From: Camelus dromedarius
Taxonomy: Eukaryota
DNA: 64,000 bases
Direction of reading: 5' to 3'
Assembly (NCBI RefSeq): GCF_036321535.1
Contig: NC_087436.1
Span: 105,464,001 to 105,528,000 of the forward strand
A program made the translations under genes and the position numbers. This document shows, in pieces, positions 12,892 through 25,980 of the stretch. Position 1 is the first letter of the stretch. Each line of letters starts with the position of its first letter. The notes below the pieces were generated by a model. It was not told the origin of the DNA, ran no database searches, and saw only the letters and a program-made list of their open reading frames with translations.

Positions 12892-12982
12892 GGGGCTTGG
12901 GGTATAGCTCAGTGGTAAAGCATATGTTTAGCATGCTTGAGGTCCTGGGTTCAATCCCCAGTACCTCCATAAAAAAAAAAAT
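12892..12982 (+). mobile_element. tRNA-Ala-derived SINE (camelid vic-1-like)
   Basis: ggggtatagctcagtggt (A box) ... gggttcaatcccc (B box) + poly(A) tail; starts 47 nt downstream of the exon 6 donor. Confidence 0.85.
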
Positions 12983-15900
12983 CCTTTGTCTTTTTTTAGA
13001 TTGTCAACGACATGAGGGTAAAAGTTGTGTATAAAAATTATTTTAGGGGAAATTTAATTGACGTGGCGAGGAAAATTTCTCAGTGGTTTGGGAAGATTTT
13101 TGTTAACTGCACTGGCTTTAACTTTGATTCTTTTTGATTCTTTACAAAATTCAAATTTCTCTAAAGATTTTTTTTTAAAGGCCAAAAGTATAAACTAGTG
13201 AGTTTGGCATGAGAACATTTTCATGTCATCCTGGGCTTCATGGAAAGACAGTGAGGAGAAACCTAAATCATTGTTCTCTTGAATGAATAATATGAAAGTT
13301 ATTGAACATTTAACTGATAACTTGTTGAACATTTAACTAATAATTTAAAATCTATAAATTGCTTTTGTAGTTCCATGTAACATGAGAAAGCTAGGTAAGT
13401 CATAACAAATGACAAAGTAGAAATACATGTTAACAACTAGTTGTCAAAAGGGAAAACTTACATTGGGGAAAAAAATGTAAAGAAAGTTTGATTTTGTTTT
13501 CCACAGCCTGCCTCAGGCTTCAGTTTATACATTTTTCAGGTTACAAGATAAAATTATAATGCTAACTGCCTCTGATGTCAGATCTTGTAGAGAGCAGGTG
13601 AGTGTCTCCATGTGAAAGGCTTAGGTGGAGTTCCTACAGCTTCTCAGGCCAGATTTTAAAGGAGAGTGGATCAATCCACCGTACGAAACCTGCTTACCAG
13701 ACTTAGAAAAATAAACATTCAGGCTGAGAGCTGGTATCTACAAAGCCTCAGGGCACGTCAGTGGAAGCCACAGGAATGAGAACTCAGAAAATAGTTACAG
13801 AAACTCAAAAGACAAAAAAACTCCAAGAACAAAGTATCACATTTAGGCTAGTCCCACTGCTACCCCCAGAACAAATAAACATCCACAAAGTAAAGATTAT
13901 TTCTGGGGATCTCTGGTAAATGAGGGGCCCTACAAGTTCTGCTCTTTTTTTGGGAGGAAACCTGCGGTCTTACGGACATGCCCTTGTCTTTCATCCCTGG
14001 ACAGGGACTTACTCAGCTGTGTAATTGGCAGGTGCCCTTTAACCAGCTGAGGCCACTGAGGGGTTATGTACTGTACTGTAGAGCAGTGCAATAAATCAGA
14101 GGTCACGGTCAATGACGTTTGCACCAAAAGATGGCATTCAAAGCCGCGCTGTATGAAATGCGAAACCACAGCTCGCTGGGGCTCCTCTCTGCCTCTTCTC
14201 GTTTTTTTGGAGAGTTCCCCAAAGCCCAGACTGAAGTGAGCAGCTTTTCCTTTGTTCTATTCAGACCTGGCCTTAGTGTGTGAAAACTTTGCCAATCTCA
14301 GAGAAAGATGGCTTGGGTCTAAGGGCCCTTGGGAGCTAGGAACCTGTCCTAAGCCCAGAACCTCTGAGGCAGCGTGAGCCCCTCAGCACATTTTGGGCAT
14401 TCTCTTCTACGTAACTAACCTTTGCTAACAAGCTTCCTGCTAAAATTTACAAAGTCAGCACCTCTCCCTGGTAACAGCGAGATGATGATTCTGGCTTTAC
14501 TATTGTTTTATCCCTGTAAGACTCATGGACAAATGAGCTCTTACAGTTTCTTCCATCATGAAAAAATGGTGCCACCAAGTTGTGACCCACCCCCAAATAT
14601 TGTCCCTGCCTTGTAAGAGCTAGGTCAATAAATTGTGAGTTTGGGGTGTTCCTGCCTTCTGCTCAGATCAAGCCTCATCCTCTGGTGCTTTATTTAAGGC
14701 CGGGAGGGAAATGTGTGAGGATGGATGGAAGTTGGAAAGCCAAGTCTGAGAGTCATTGTACCATGACCGAGTTCTCACGCGAGATTTGGGAAGGAGCACA
14801 TTTTCTTAGCTCAGGGTTTTAGGAAAAGAGTACATTCTTCAGGTAGAATGTACTACCTTCTCACCTTGTTCTTCCCAGGGCGAAGGAGGTACTATTACCA
14901 TCCTGCTCCTCAGCGCAGGGGTATAATTAACACCACAAAGCCACCCTGGACGGTTTCAGCACTCCAGATTAATCACAGCCCTTCCATAACCCACTGATTC
15001 AAGTCTATTTTTAACCACCTCAGAAATCCCTGTTACCTACTCATGATTCCCCATGTTAGGTGGATAATTCACTAAATTCCTCAGAGGGAGTGAATTTTGC
15101 ATCCTAATTGTCCCGTTAGCTTCCCTGTTTCAGGGCTGATGAAAACGCAAAGAGAAATAACGCATTAATATGCAGTTTCTCTCCCAATAGGATCAGCATC
15201 ATGTATAATTTATTTTCTGCAAGTGCTATAAATAGCTGTGTAAAAATCTGTTGATTCCAGCGGGAGCAAGGCCTAAATTGTAAGAGTCCCACTGACATCA
15301 TGAACTTAATCCAATGTGAATGGAGGTGGCAGGGCTTTTCTGCAGAGAAGGCCATTAATACTTTAACACTAGTAAATTGATGTCATATCAATATGTGCAT
15401 TGTCTGAGATCTTTCCACAGTGAATGTGCTTTGGCCGTTTGTGAAAGATAACTTACAACGGGGTTGGGGGAAGATGTTTAATTTCCTTGAGTCCCTGCCC
15501 CCACTCACACAAACACACATTCATCAATCATATTGTTTCTTCTTTCCCTTCTTTTCTTCCTCCCTACTCTTCCTTCTCCCTTTTTTGGGGGCGAGAGGGG
15601 GTAGGCAAGGGAGGTGAAAGGTCTCCTATTAAGAATTAGTTTTATCATTTAAATGATTTAACAGTCTGTGCTGTACCAGATAGTCAGTATATAGAGAATA
15701 TTATGAAGACAACGTTTAGGGGAAATAAATGAAAATAGCACCATTAAAGGCAAGATCTGTAAAATGCTCTCTGTCTGGGCAGCTCTCTTTCATTCTGGGA
15801 TTTTTAAATACAAAACAAACTTTTTGGCCTGCACTCTAAACGACCTACGTTTTTAAGCTAAGGAATGTTTGTGTTCGTGAGAATTCAAAGTGCAGCCGGA

Positions 15901-18900
15901 GACTAGTGAGAACCAGCAGATGGGGTCGCAGACATCCCAGGAGTGTTTGGAGCCTTGGGAGACTTGGATGAGACAAGGCCGCTGGAGATGTGAGAGGGGT
16001 TTATAGCCTTCTTGGCTGTAACTAGACGAACACAGCTGTATTCTCTGGTCCTCGCCCGTTGCAGAAAAGGAAGGAGACAGTGCCTGCTCGCATTTCCCTT
16101 TTTCCATTTCCCTACACGTGAACATGGAAACCTCTCGTCCCCCGAGTGCATTCTGAGTTCCACACTAGGGCTGCCAGTGCCTGCAGGAGAGAACTAAGGG
16201 GGGGGTTTCAGTTTTCAGTCTTTGATCCAGCCACGCTGGATTGGGGGGGGGGTACTTGATGGAGGAGGGGGAGCGGGGAGCCATTCTGACTCTCCCCTAA
16301 GTCTTCAGGCAGGCAGCCTCATACTGTCACTGTTAGGGAGTAGGTCAGGCTCCAGAGGGATGAGCCTAGATGAGGCTGTGCAGCAACACTTACTCTTACT
16401 TAGTCTCGACAGCAACCTTCTGAGATAGACGTTACCCGTATCCTTTTACTCCTGGGGACCCCGAGGCTCAAGTGTCTTGCCTGCGGTCCTGGAGCTGCAG
16501 GTGCCGGCAGGGTAGCCGCCAGTCTTTTTCACCCGCCCCCGCTCTTCAGGCGGCACCGCGCCCCGCAGTGGGGGGAGGGGACCTCCTCCACTCTTGCCGC
16601 CTGTCCCTGCTGTCCTTGGCCACTTCTTGCTGTCGGGTGCAGAGGCAGCCTCCTCTTTGCTTCTCCCTCTTCTCCCTGCACCTGCCAGCCTCATTCATTC
16701 AGCCCCCGTCCTCCCCCCACCCACAGTCTTTAGAGTGCGCAGAGGGCGCGGCCAGCCCTGCCCCTGCCGCGCACATCAAGCCAGCAAGGATTTATGAAGC
16801 AGCTCCTGTCCACTCAGCCTGAGAGGGCACCTCCAAAAGGAGCATGTATTGAGCATGCACCTTGTGCTGGGCACCGTTCCACATGAGTATGAGTCATGAT
16901 ATATGACAAGGAAACTGAGGCAGAGAGAGAGTTTGGGTAACCTTTCCAAGGTCACTCAGCAGAAAGGCAGACTCAAAGCTTCAGCATTTTATCTCAGATG
17001 CCATTAAAATGGACACTCCCTCAAGAGACAGCCCGGTGATGGCGAGGACAGTGGAGGGGACTGTCCTTTCTTGGACCTTAATAACATGTTTATCAAGTGC
17101 CTGCTGTGTGCTGAACCCTGAGGTTGGCATGTCCACCAGCGTGACCCAATCTGTCCCCGCCGTCGAGCTTGGGTGGTAGGTATCGTTGCCCCAAGTTGTG
17201 GATAAGTGAATGGAGGCCCTGTCAGAGCAAGTGCACAGCACCCAGGGTCACCAGCACAGGAAGTGGTCTCAGGTGGTCTGACTCTAGGCGCAGCGTTCTT
17301 TCCAGTGCCTCACCCGCCCTCCCTCCTCAGCCCTGCCCCCTCTCCTGCCCCCTGACCGTCACCTGCTCTTCCCACGCCGGCACCTTGCCTCCCACCTCAA
17401 CACCTGCTCCGTTGCTCTGCCCCCTTTCTTGCCTCTAGTCCTTTTGCACTGGTCCTCCTTGCTCACTACTGGGTGGCCTCACTACCCTTTAATGGCTTTC
17501 TCATTTAACATCTTTTATGAGTCTTCTGAGTCCGTTATTTCTTGAGTGGTTGCTGTGGGCTTGTGTCATGGGGTCTCTGAGAAGTGTAGGACCCAGGCCC
17601 TTCCTTAGGAAGCCCTGGGTTCAGGAGACATACCACACTGGCTGTGTGGCTATGGTCGGGCATGCACCCTCTCTGAGATCCAGCTTCTGGCTCTGTAAAA
17701 TGACTCTGGGCTCTAAGATCTCCCCCATTTCTCCAGATCTGACTCTGATGCAGCTGTGTTGGAGATTCAGTCATTGTGAATAATCAGATGTAAACAACAG
17801 AGCCTGGTTATGGGTCCAGTGAGTTAGGAGGAGCACCGTGATTGGACCAGCCAGGGAAGTTCTGCAGAGGAGTTGGGGCTCGAGAGGGCATGGATAAGGA
17901 TTGGGTGGTGAAGAGGTGGGCAAAGCCAGGATTTTCTCATAGGAACAAATTTCCTAAGCTAGATGTCAGCCATCATTTTACCCTGGGCGCCTTTAGCCTG
18001 CCAAGAAGCAGTGCATACTGAAAGATCTCTGGCCAAAGAAATAACTTACCTTAAACTTTATTAGTGTTATGTTTCTTTTTTTTTTAAACTTCTTTCTTTA
18101 TTGGTTCTCCAGCTATCCCACACACTAACTAGTCTTGCATCCAAGGGCATGCTAACCCTGTTCCTTGATAAAATTGTATGTTCCCTCCGAAGACGTCATA
18201 CAGTGAGTCATTGTAGCTCAGGGGAGCAATACGGATGGCAGGTATCGACTTACCACTAAATGTAAGAGCAGGATGCATGCTCAAGTAGGACGGCTTCTAG
18301 GTTGCTTGAAAATCTAATAGATCTCTTGTAACTGTTTGTTTAGCTGCAGAACTCTGTCCCGATCCCAGGCACAGCCAGTACTTAACGGTGCTATGAGTCC
18401 AGGAACCAGTAAACATACTTAGGTTAACTGTCCTGCACTGTGGGCTTTATAAACCTCTGAGACCTTATCAGAGAGTTTTGATGTGGTTTGCAAAAGTGCA
18501 GCATGCCCTTTGGGAAGTTTATTTTTAGTTTTCTTTACTCCTGGGGCTATTCTGAGAGAGCTAAAAATACAGCGTTTCTCCAACGAATTTGACCATCGCA
18601 GCCCTATTTCACAGAGTAATTTTCATGCTAGTTTCAGGAATGTCGCTCTGCAGCATCTTTTCTGTCCTGTCTTTTTGAAAGCCAGGTCTCACCAAATTTG
18701 TTCAAAACTTTGAGATCCTCTAGCCAAACTTGTGAACTATTTATCTCAAAGAAGCTATATTGGCAGCTGTGCATTCAGTCTGCAAATGCCATGCAAGCCA
18801 AAACCCTCTGGAATCTCCCAGAGTGAGATGTGCTGTGATGTGTGTTGCTTCTCTCCTGTCCTCCCCCCGCCCCAGTCCTCTTTGGAACTGATGAGAGGGG

Positions 18901-18979
18901 AGGTAGAAGGGGAATGGTGGGCCGTAATTCCCACAAGAGATCTCACTGAGACTTGTTTTTTTTAAACACCCATTCCCAG

Positions 18980-19144
18980 ATTTTGTTGTTCATCAGACTT
19001 TGCCCTACCAGTCGGTTTCGGTGGATACGTTCAACTCCAAGAATGATGTGTACGTGGCCATCGCTCAACCCAGCATGGAGAACTGCATGGTGCTGGAGTG
19101 GGACCACATCGAGATGAATTTCCGGAGCTATGACAATATTACAG
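18980..19144 (+). CDS. LGI2: LGI2 exon 7 (165 nt, first EPTP/EAR repeat)
   Basis: cattcccag acceptor; (D)[54 protein letters not shown]; donor CAG/GTGTGT. Confidence 0.97.
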
Positions 19145-19564
19145 GTGTGTTGTGGCTTTGATTGGTTGTACTGACCTCACGTCAGCGTGGCCTAAAGCCT
19201 GGGAGTGAAAAACGTTCTCTGTCACACTGGGAGGGAGCTTGGCTCTCTGGCTTGGTCCGATTTGGGAACACATTCCAACCCACCCTCATCTCTTCGACTT
19301 TTTCTGGACATGGTCAGTTATTGGTGAGAACGGAAGCCTCGGGTGGTGATTCTGTTTGTCGTAGGTGGTCCTTTTGTAAAGAGGGTGATGGATGGCCTGT
19401 GGTGGGAAGTGTTTTCCCACTAATTGTTAAGAAGTCGCCCCCAGAATCCCTGGATCTTGAGCAGTTATGGTAGTCTAAGACTGCACCAGCTTTTCAGCAG
19501 CTAAATGATTCCTTTGACTTTTGCTAAGCTGTTAACTAATATGCTAATATGCACATGGGCTCAT

Positions 19565-19630
19565 GTACACACATGCACACACACATGGATACAAACGCGC
19601 ACACGGATACACACGCACACACACACACAT
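19565..19630. repeat. Degenerate (CA)n in intron 7
   Basis: acacacatgcacacacacatgg...cacacacacacacat. Confidence 0.8.
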
Positions 19631-20699
19631 TCTGTAGCTGTTTCTACTGCCCCCTTGCCAGGTCCTATGATCGCTGCTTCCTCTTAGTAAGTACACACAA
19701 AATAACACTTCTTTCAGTGCTATCAGGGGATCCCAGTGTCTTATCTCTTCTAAAAAGGGACTGTCTACTTGCTTCTTAAATAAGTGGATAAAGTCAGAAT
19801 AATCTTTCAAAGACTCCCCATTTATCGAAGTGCCATCTGATTATAATACTGACTTTGCAGACAGTGTCACATGGCCTGTTACCCCATGAGAGGGTTTCCT
19901 TTAGTATTTGCTGGTCCTGTTCGAGCAGCATCTTGCTGCCGCAGCAAGAAGTGTATCTGGGTAGAATTCCCAAATCTGGAGGCTCCTAGGAACCTCTCAA
20001 GCACAAAGCAGAGCTGAGAATGAGCCTGGCCTTGCAGCATGGAGAGGTCTCTGAGATGTACGTGAGAGAGGGACTCGCTGTCCACGTGTATTTTTGCTGC
20101 CCTCTTGTCTCCGACTTTGAAGATGGATGAGGGTGGGGTGAGCCGGCCCCTGAGCCTCCTTTCCTCCCCTCCATGGGAGGAGGTAAGGCACTGGTTGGTC
20201 TCACTGGAACTCACAACAGCTGTTCGAGGTGTTACTCCGGGCTCCCTGCCCATAGGTAGAGGACAGATGCCCTCTGTTCAAGAGAGAGGTGGTGTCTAGA
20301 CTATAAAGAGCTCAGGTTGTGAAAACCTGTGAAAGTGGATTCTACTCCTGACTTCGCCATCTGCTAGGAAAGTAGCTGCGGCCTTTGAGGCTCGGTTTTT
20401 CTGTCTGTAAAATGGGTAGGAGATGTACCTCCCATGGATGTTGCGAGGACTCTAGGAGGGCCAGGCACAGAGCAGGCAGTTCTTAATGTTGCTTCCTTCT
20501 CATCTTTACAAGTGAAGAGATGGAGGCGCGAGCGTGTTGAATCACACCACTGTGACTTCCAAGGTGGAGCCCAGGGTCCGTCACGGCTGCATCCCACCCC
20601 CTCCCTCTCCTAGGTTGGCCTTGGTAGGAGAGAACAGTACTGCCCTCCGCCTGCCCTTGCCACACGCTGCAGCTGGTCACACCCCCAGATTCATCAAGT

Positions 20700-21480
20700 A
20701 ATTCATTCATTCATTCATTCACTGAGATTCATGAGCACTCACCCTGAGCCAGACACAGTCTAGGCCCTGAGGTCAGCAGTGAACAAGCCTGATAAAAACC
20801 TCCATTTTCAAGGAGTTTATATTATGATGGGAGAGAGAGAAAGACAATCAAAAGACAGATAATTGTAATACACACAGCACATTAGAAAGTAGTGTGTTTA
20901 GAAGAGAAAAGAAGATGGGGAAGGAAGATTGGAAGTGCTGGGCAGGGGAGGATTGAAATTTTAGGCAGAGTGTCTGGTGAAGGCTGCATCAAGAAGGTAT
21001 TGTTTGAATAAAACCTGTAGGGCATGAGGGCTTGATGCACATGGAGAGCGGGCAGGAAGAGCGTTCCAGACAGAGGGAAGAGTGAGTGCAGAGGTCCAGA
21101 GGCAGGAGGGTATTGTTCCTGTTTGATAAATATCCAGGTGGCTGGTTGGCTTGGACAGAATGATCCAGGGGGAGCTGCAGGAGACAAAGTCAGAGAGGCA
21201 AGAGGGCTGATCATGGGGGCCTGGCGGGTCCCACCAAGGGCTTGGGCTCTTACCCAGGTCACAGAAGGTTTGGGGGAGAGGTCAGCCAGGCTGCCCGAAA
21301 GATGCAGGTTGTGTCCAGCTGCCGGGTTGGGAGTGGGCTGTGTGTAAGGAGAGGACAAATGTGCAATCAGAGCAAGTAGCTGAATGGCTATTGCAAGAAT
21401 TCAGGCGAGGGCTGGCGGCCTGGACCTGGCGGAGGCTGCAGAGCTGGTGGGTAGGAAGTGGTCAGTGAGGCCAGAGTGGG
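20700..21480 (-). mobile_element. L2 LINE 3' fragment
   Basis: (attc)n terminus followed by purine-rich L2 body. Confidence 0.7.
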
Positions 21481-21715
21481 AGTGGCTGGAGCCAGAGCCA
21501 GGCTGGACCTTGTTGGTTTCCATGGATTCCTCAGCTTCTCAGTCCTGAAGTCCAAATCTTCTGAGAAGTGGGCAGCCTACTGGGCTCCTCTTCACAGCCA
21601 AGCCCCAGAAATGAGCTACAGAAGTGTGATAGTTAAGCTTATGAATGCCAGCATCACACTGGTTTTTCGTAAAACTGGCTCTAGATCTTTCTAGCTGGTG
21701 ACCTTGGACAGGTTT

Positions 21716-21818
21716 TGTTTTTGTTTTTGTTTTTTTAATGGAGGTACTGGGGATTGAACCCGGGACCTCGTGCATGCTAGGCACATGCTCTGCCACTGAG
21801 CTATACCCCTTCCCCACA
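21716..21818 (-). mobile_element. tRNA-Ala-derived SINE (vic-1-like) inserted in a MIR
   Basis: Reverse complement of the same SINE with a T-rich tail; TSD accttggacaggttt (21701-21715) / accttgaacaagttt (21819-21833). Confidence 0.85.
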
Positions 21819-23399
21819 ACCTTGAACAAGTTTCAATTTTCATGAGCCCCTGTCATTGGTAAAATGGGAATTTCATGAATATTGGGCCCATGGAACTTTA
21901 ACTGAGCAGAGTATGTAACACTTATCATGGTGCCTGGCATATAGTAAATACTCAGCAAGTGTTGGGATATCAGTTTGGGATAAAAACAGATATTTGATTA
22001 TCATTCCTTGCTACCACCATTAAGGAAAGCCCTCAACTTCAGATCCTTTACTCTTCTTAATTCATGAAAACACACAGCACCCTGTCTCAGGGTCCCAGCA
22101 CACCTTGCCAAATATATATTGTCAATTTCCTGTCACTTACTGATTTTTTTTTTATCACATCTTACAATTCAACCAGCTCACTTTCTTTTATTTCTCCCTT
22201 CACCTGAGTCTCCAGGCTCCAATGCGGTCTCCTCCAGGAAGCATTCCTTGATGACCTGATTGGAATGAAATATCTGTCTGCTGCCTAAATACATGAATTT
22301 CTGTTAAATACAAATCACATTTGCTGCCACAAAAGTTTTCACATAGAGGAAGACAACTCACATTTATGTACTCAGTAATTTATAAGCCACTTCTTATGTC
22401 AATCTCACGACAACCTCATAACATGTGTACTATTGTCTCTATTTTATGTTGAAAGAAATAGGAGCATCTCCTCTTCCCCCATAGACCATAACCCTTTGAC
22501 TTCAATGAAAACTTCTGCACAACCTTCATAAGCGTAGGAATGCCAGGAGCAGCAGGGACTGGCCTGTGGGAGGCAGGGGAAGAAGTTGGGAGAATGGCTG
22601 GAAGGAGTGGGACCAGCTGGAATTCAGCCTGGTGTGAAGGAATGCCCCCGCAGCTCAGGTGCTAGGCAGATGACAGATGGATAAGCAAGGGCCCAGCCTT
22701 GAACCAGACCAAGATAGATGTGGACCGCTCCCCACTCATAGGGCCATGCTTGCCTCGTTTATCATCTTGTTTGATCACAGGGCGATCCCAGAGTCAGCAA
22801 GGGCTGGGCAGGATTTGCTCCATCCTTGCCGAGCACGTCGGGGGCTCCAAGGAATGAGAGAGGCACCTGTTTCCTCTTTGGTGGCCCTGCTGAGGATCGT
22901 ACAAAAGGGTCATCCATCTTCTAGTGGGAGAGGGGTACCCAGGGTCATAATCACCCCAAAGATTTGCTCCTCACATCTTCTCCTTTTTTCTCTCTCTGTC
23001 TCCTCTCAGCTTCCCTATTTTTGGTTAATTATGTTTGCCTTTTGATTTCTGCTCACTAAGTATGTTACAGCATCTCTCTTTCTAGATTAAAGCACACTCA
23101 GACACAGACAGGCACACACACAAGAAGATTCCTGCTGCTACTGCCAACTCTGTTGATTAAAGGTGTTTACCTGGACAGAGGTGTTCCAGAGCATCTCCAG
23201 GAAAGAAATTCCTTCTGTCTCACACGTTCCCTCGGCTGAGATAAGCAGAGCTGGAGGACACTTCTGAGTAGCAGGGACCTCCACGGCCAGGGACTCGGGA
23301 AGGGGATGAGGATCATGCACCTCAGTGAGTGTTGGCAGGTGGAAGTCAGTGCAGTTTCTGGAGAGCAGTTAGATAGTTTAAACCCAGAAGAAGCCTTAA

Positions 23400-24060
23400 A
23401 AAAGTGTACAACATCTGCCCTGCAATCTCTATGTTTAAGAACACTGCCAGATGGTTTTCAAAAAAAGATTTCTCTACAGGGAAGCATATTACTTACAATA
23501 ATGAAAAACTGGAAATAACTGCAATGTCCAACAGTAGGGGATTAGTTAAATAAAATATGGTGCATCCATGCAATGGAACCACGTAGTGTTAAAAAATCAA
23601 GTTGTAGAATATACAGTAGTATGGGGAAATGTTCACAACATAGTGTCAAGGGAAAAGAGTGGGTTATCAAAATCCCATGTATACTATAAACCCAAATCTA
23701 TTTTTAAAATGCATTTAAGTATGTGCAGAAATTGGCAATTTAAAAAATCAGAACATTAAGTGTTATTTCAGCATTTGAAGTTCAAGTGGTTTTTATTTTC
23801 TTCTCTGTACTTTTTTGTACGTTTGTGGTGGAGTGTAGACTGGATCTAGATTACCTGGACTTGGATCCCAGGTTCCACCACATTGTAGCTGTGTGACCCT
23901 GTATAAGTTACTTAACTTCTCTGTGCCTCAGCTTTACCCTTTACAAAATGGGGATCATGATGATGTTAATAATAGTACCAGCCCCATAAGGTTGTTGTAA
24001 GGATTCAGTGACTAAATGCATGTAAAATGCTTAATATAGGGACTTTATAAGTGTTACTTA
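23400..24060. mobile_element. Old L1M fragment (~23400-23820) followed by a MIR (~23830-24060)
   Basis: aaatgtccaacagtaggggattagttaaataaaatatgg-type L1 motif; MIR core gctgtgtgacc...aagttacttaacttctctgtgcctcag. Confidence 0.65.
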
Positions 24061-25199
24061 TTATTATTTTAAAATTTTGCTTTGATTAACATTGAAAACT
24101 TTTATACTCAGAAGAAAAATCGCAATAATTAGTTTTAAACAAAGGAGAGGAAACAGGTTCTTGCAAGAAAGCCAAAGTAGTGAAAAAGAAAAGTAAATCC
24201 CACCCTAAAAACCACCCGCCGTCCGTCTGTTCCACGCCCTCCACCACCCACGCCCAGTTCACACCAAGGACAGAAATTGGGTAATTACCCTTGTAATTTA
24301 CAGACCAAATTCACTTTGGTCCAAATTGCCTAGAAAATTAGGTGAAAGAAAGAACTTTTAATCGAATAACCTAGATGGAGGGTCAATGTGCTGAGAGGTG
24401 GGTGGCCCTATTGCTTGCTGGCTGGAATGAGGGGGTTAGCGGAGGGTCTGGAGGTCTGGGTGCAGACGGAGAGGATGGTGGGAGGTGGCCCAAACAGGAG
24501 AGTCATACCTGGAAACGTTCCCCCTTTCCCTGCAAAGTTCTGGTTTTGTGCTGCCGGAGCTAGATCATTCAGGTCATTGCTCATCTACAGGTACTCCCGC
24601 AGAGGCTGCTATGGGCCATCGCTAAAGGGCTGGGGCTTTTGATTATCAAGACAGTTGCTTCAATTATCCAATGACGATAGCTACTAATTATTGACCAGTT
24701 CCTGTGTGTGCAAGCTCTGTACTAAAAGCACTGACCGTGGAATTTCTCCCTTAGTCTGTACAGTGGTTCTGTAAGGCCAGTGCTGGCAGCATCTTCAGTC
24801 TCATTTGATAGTGCAGGAGCCTGAGCACAGAGAGCTGAGATCACTGGCACAGGGTCAGAAAACTTGTAAGTCCATGGGGTCTAGAGTCACAGGGTTTAAC
24901 ACTCATCTATTCGGCCTCCACTCAGCTTTTGGCTCCAGAAATCAGAAAAGATCTTATGTCATCAAGGGCCCTCATTACATTTTTTTTGTTCCTGCCTCTG
25001 AGCCCCAACTCCTAGCTTTTTACCCCACAAGAGAAGAAACCCATTTAAGTGCCTCATTCTGCCCTCTGGACTTGGGAATAGCGTGCAGACATTCACTTGA
25101 TGTGTTGGTGAATTTCCTGAATTCTGAGTCTCCCGCTAAAGACACCAGAGGCCCATGTGACCAACACTTACCTATTTTGATGGAAGTACATTTTTTTTT

Positions 25200-25980
25200 A
25201 ATTTAATTTAATTTGTAAATTATTTTTTAATATTTTTATTGAAGTATGTTCAGTTTACACTGTTGTGTCAATGTCTGGTGTACAGCACAATGCTTCAGTC
25301 ACATAGGAACAGACATACATTTGTTTTCATATTCTTTTTCACCATAAGTTACCAAAAAATATTGAATATAGTTCCCTGTGCTATTAAAACTGTTTTTTTA
25401 ATTGTGGGGAAACATACATAACATAAATTTACCATCTTCAGTGCATTTAAGTGTACAGCTCAGTACATGCGCATTGCTGTACAACCAATCTCTAGAACTC
25501 TTCATCTTGAAAAGCCAAAATTCTGTACCCATTAAACTCTAATTCCCATTCTCCCCTCCTCTCCAGCCCTGGCAACGACCCCTCTACTGTCTATCTCTAG
25601 AATCTGACTCCTCCAGCTACCTCTTATAAGTGGCATCATACACTATTTGTCTTTTGTGACTGGCTTATTTCACTTAGCATAATGTCTTCAACATTCACCC
25701 AGGATGCAGCATGTGTCAGAATGTCCTTCCTTTTTAAGGCTGAACAGTATTCCACTGTGTGTATCTACCCCATTTGTGTATCCATTCATTCGTCAATGGA
25801 CACAGCTTGTTTCTACCTTTTGGCTTTTATGAATAATGCTGCTATCAACGCGGTGTACAAATACCCCCCCAAGAGCCTACTCTCAGTGCTTTGGGTATAG
25901 ACCCAGAAGCGGAATTGCTGGATGGTGCAATCATCCCATGGTTCACTTTCTGGAGGACTGGCACAGTGTTCTTCCAGTTT
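25200..25980 (-). mobile_element. Two L1 3' fragments: a younger lineage L1 (~25220-25385) next to an older L1MA/MB-like copy (~25395-25980)
   Basis: tggcttatttcacttagcataatgtcttca, ccattcattcgtcaatggacac, cccagaagcggaattgctggat are inverted L1 3' region motifs; the younger part matches the L1 tail at 58077-58199. Confidence 0.8.

Noticed and set aside
12892..12970. tRNA-Ala gene (also 21740-21815, 29240-29315, 58388-58465)
   Set aside because: Diverged stems, A-rich tails and, for three copies, clear TSDs show these are SINEs, not tRNA genes.
14950..14970. REST/RE1-like TTCAGCAC
   Set aside because: Only the left half-site is present; the GGACAG half is missing at the right spacing.
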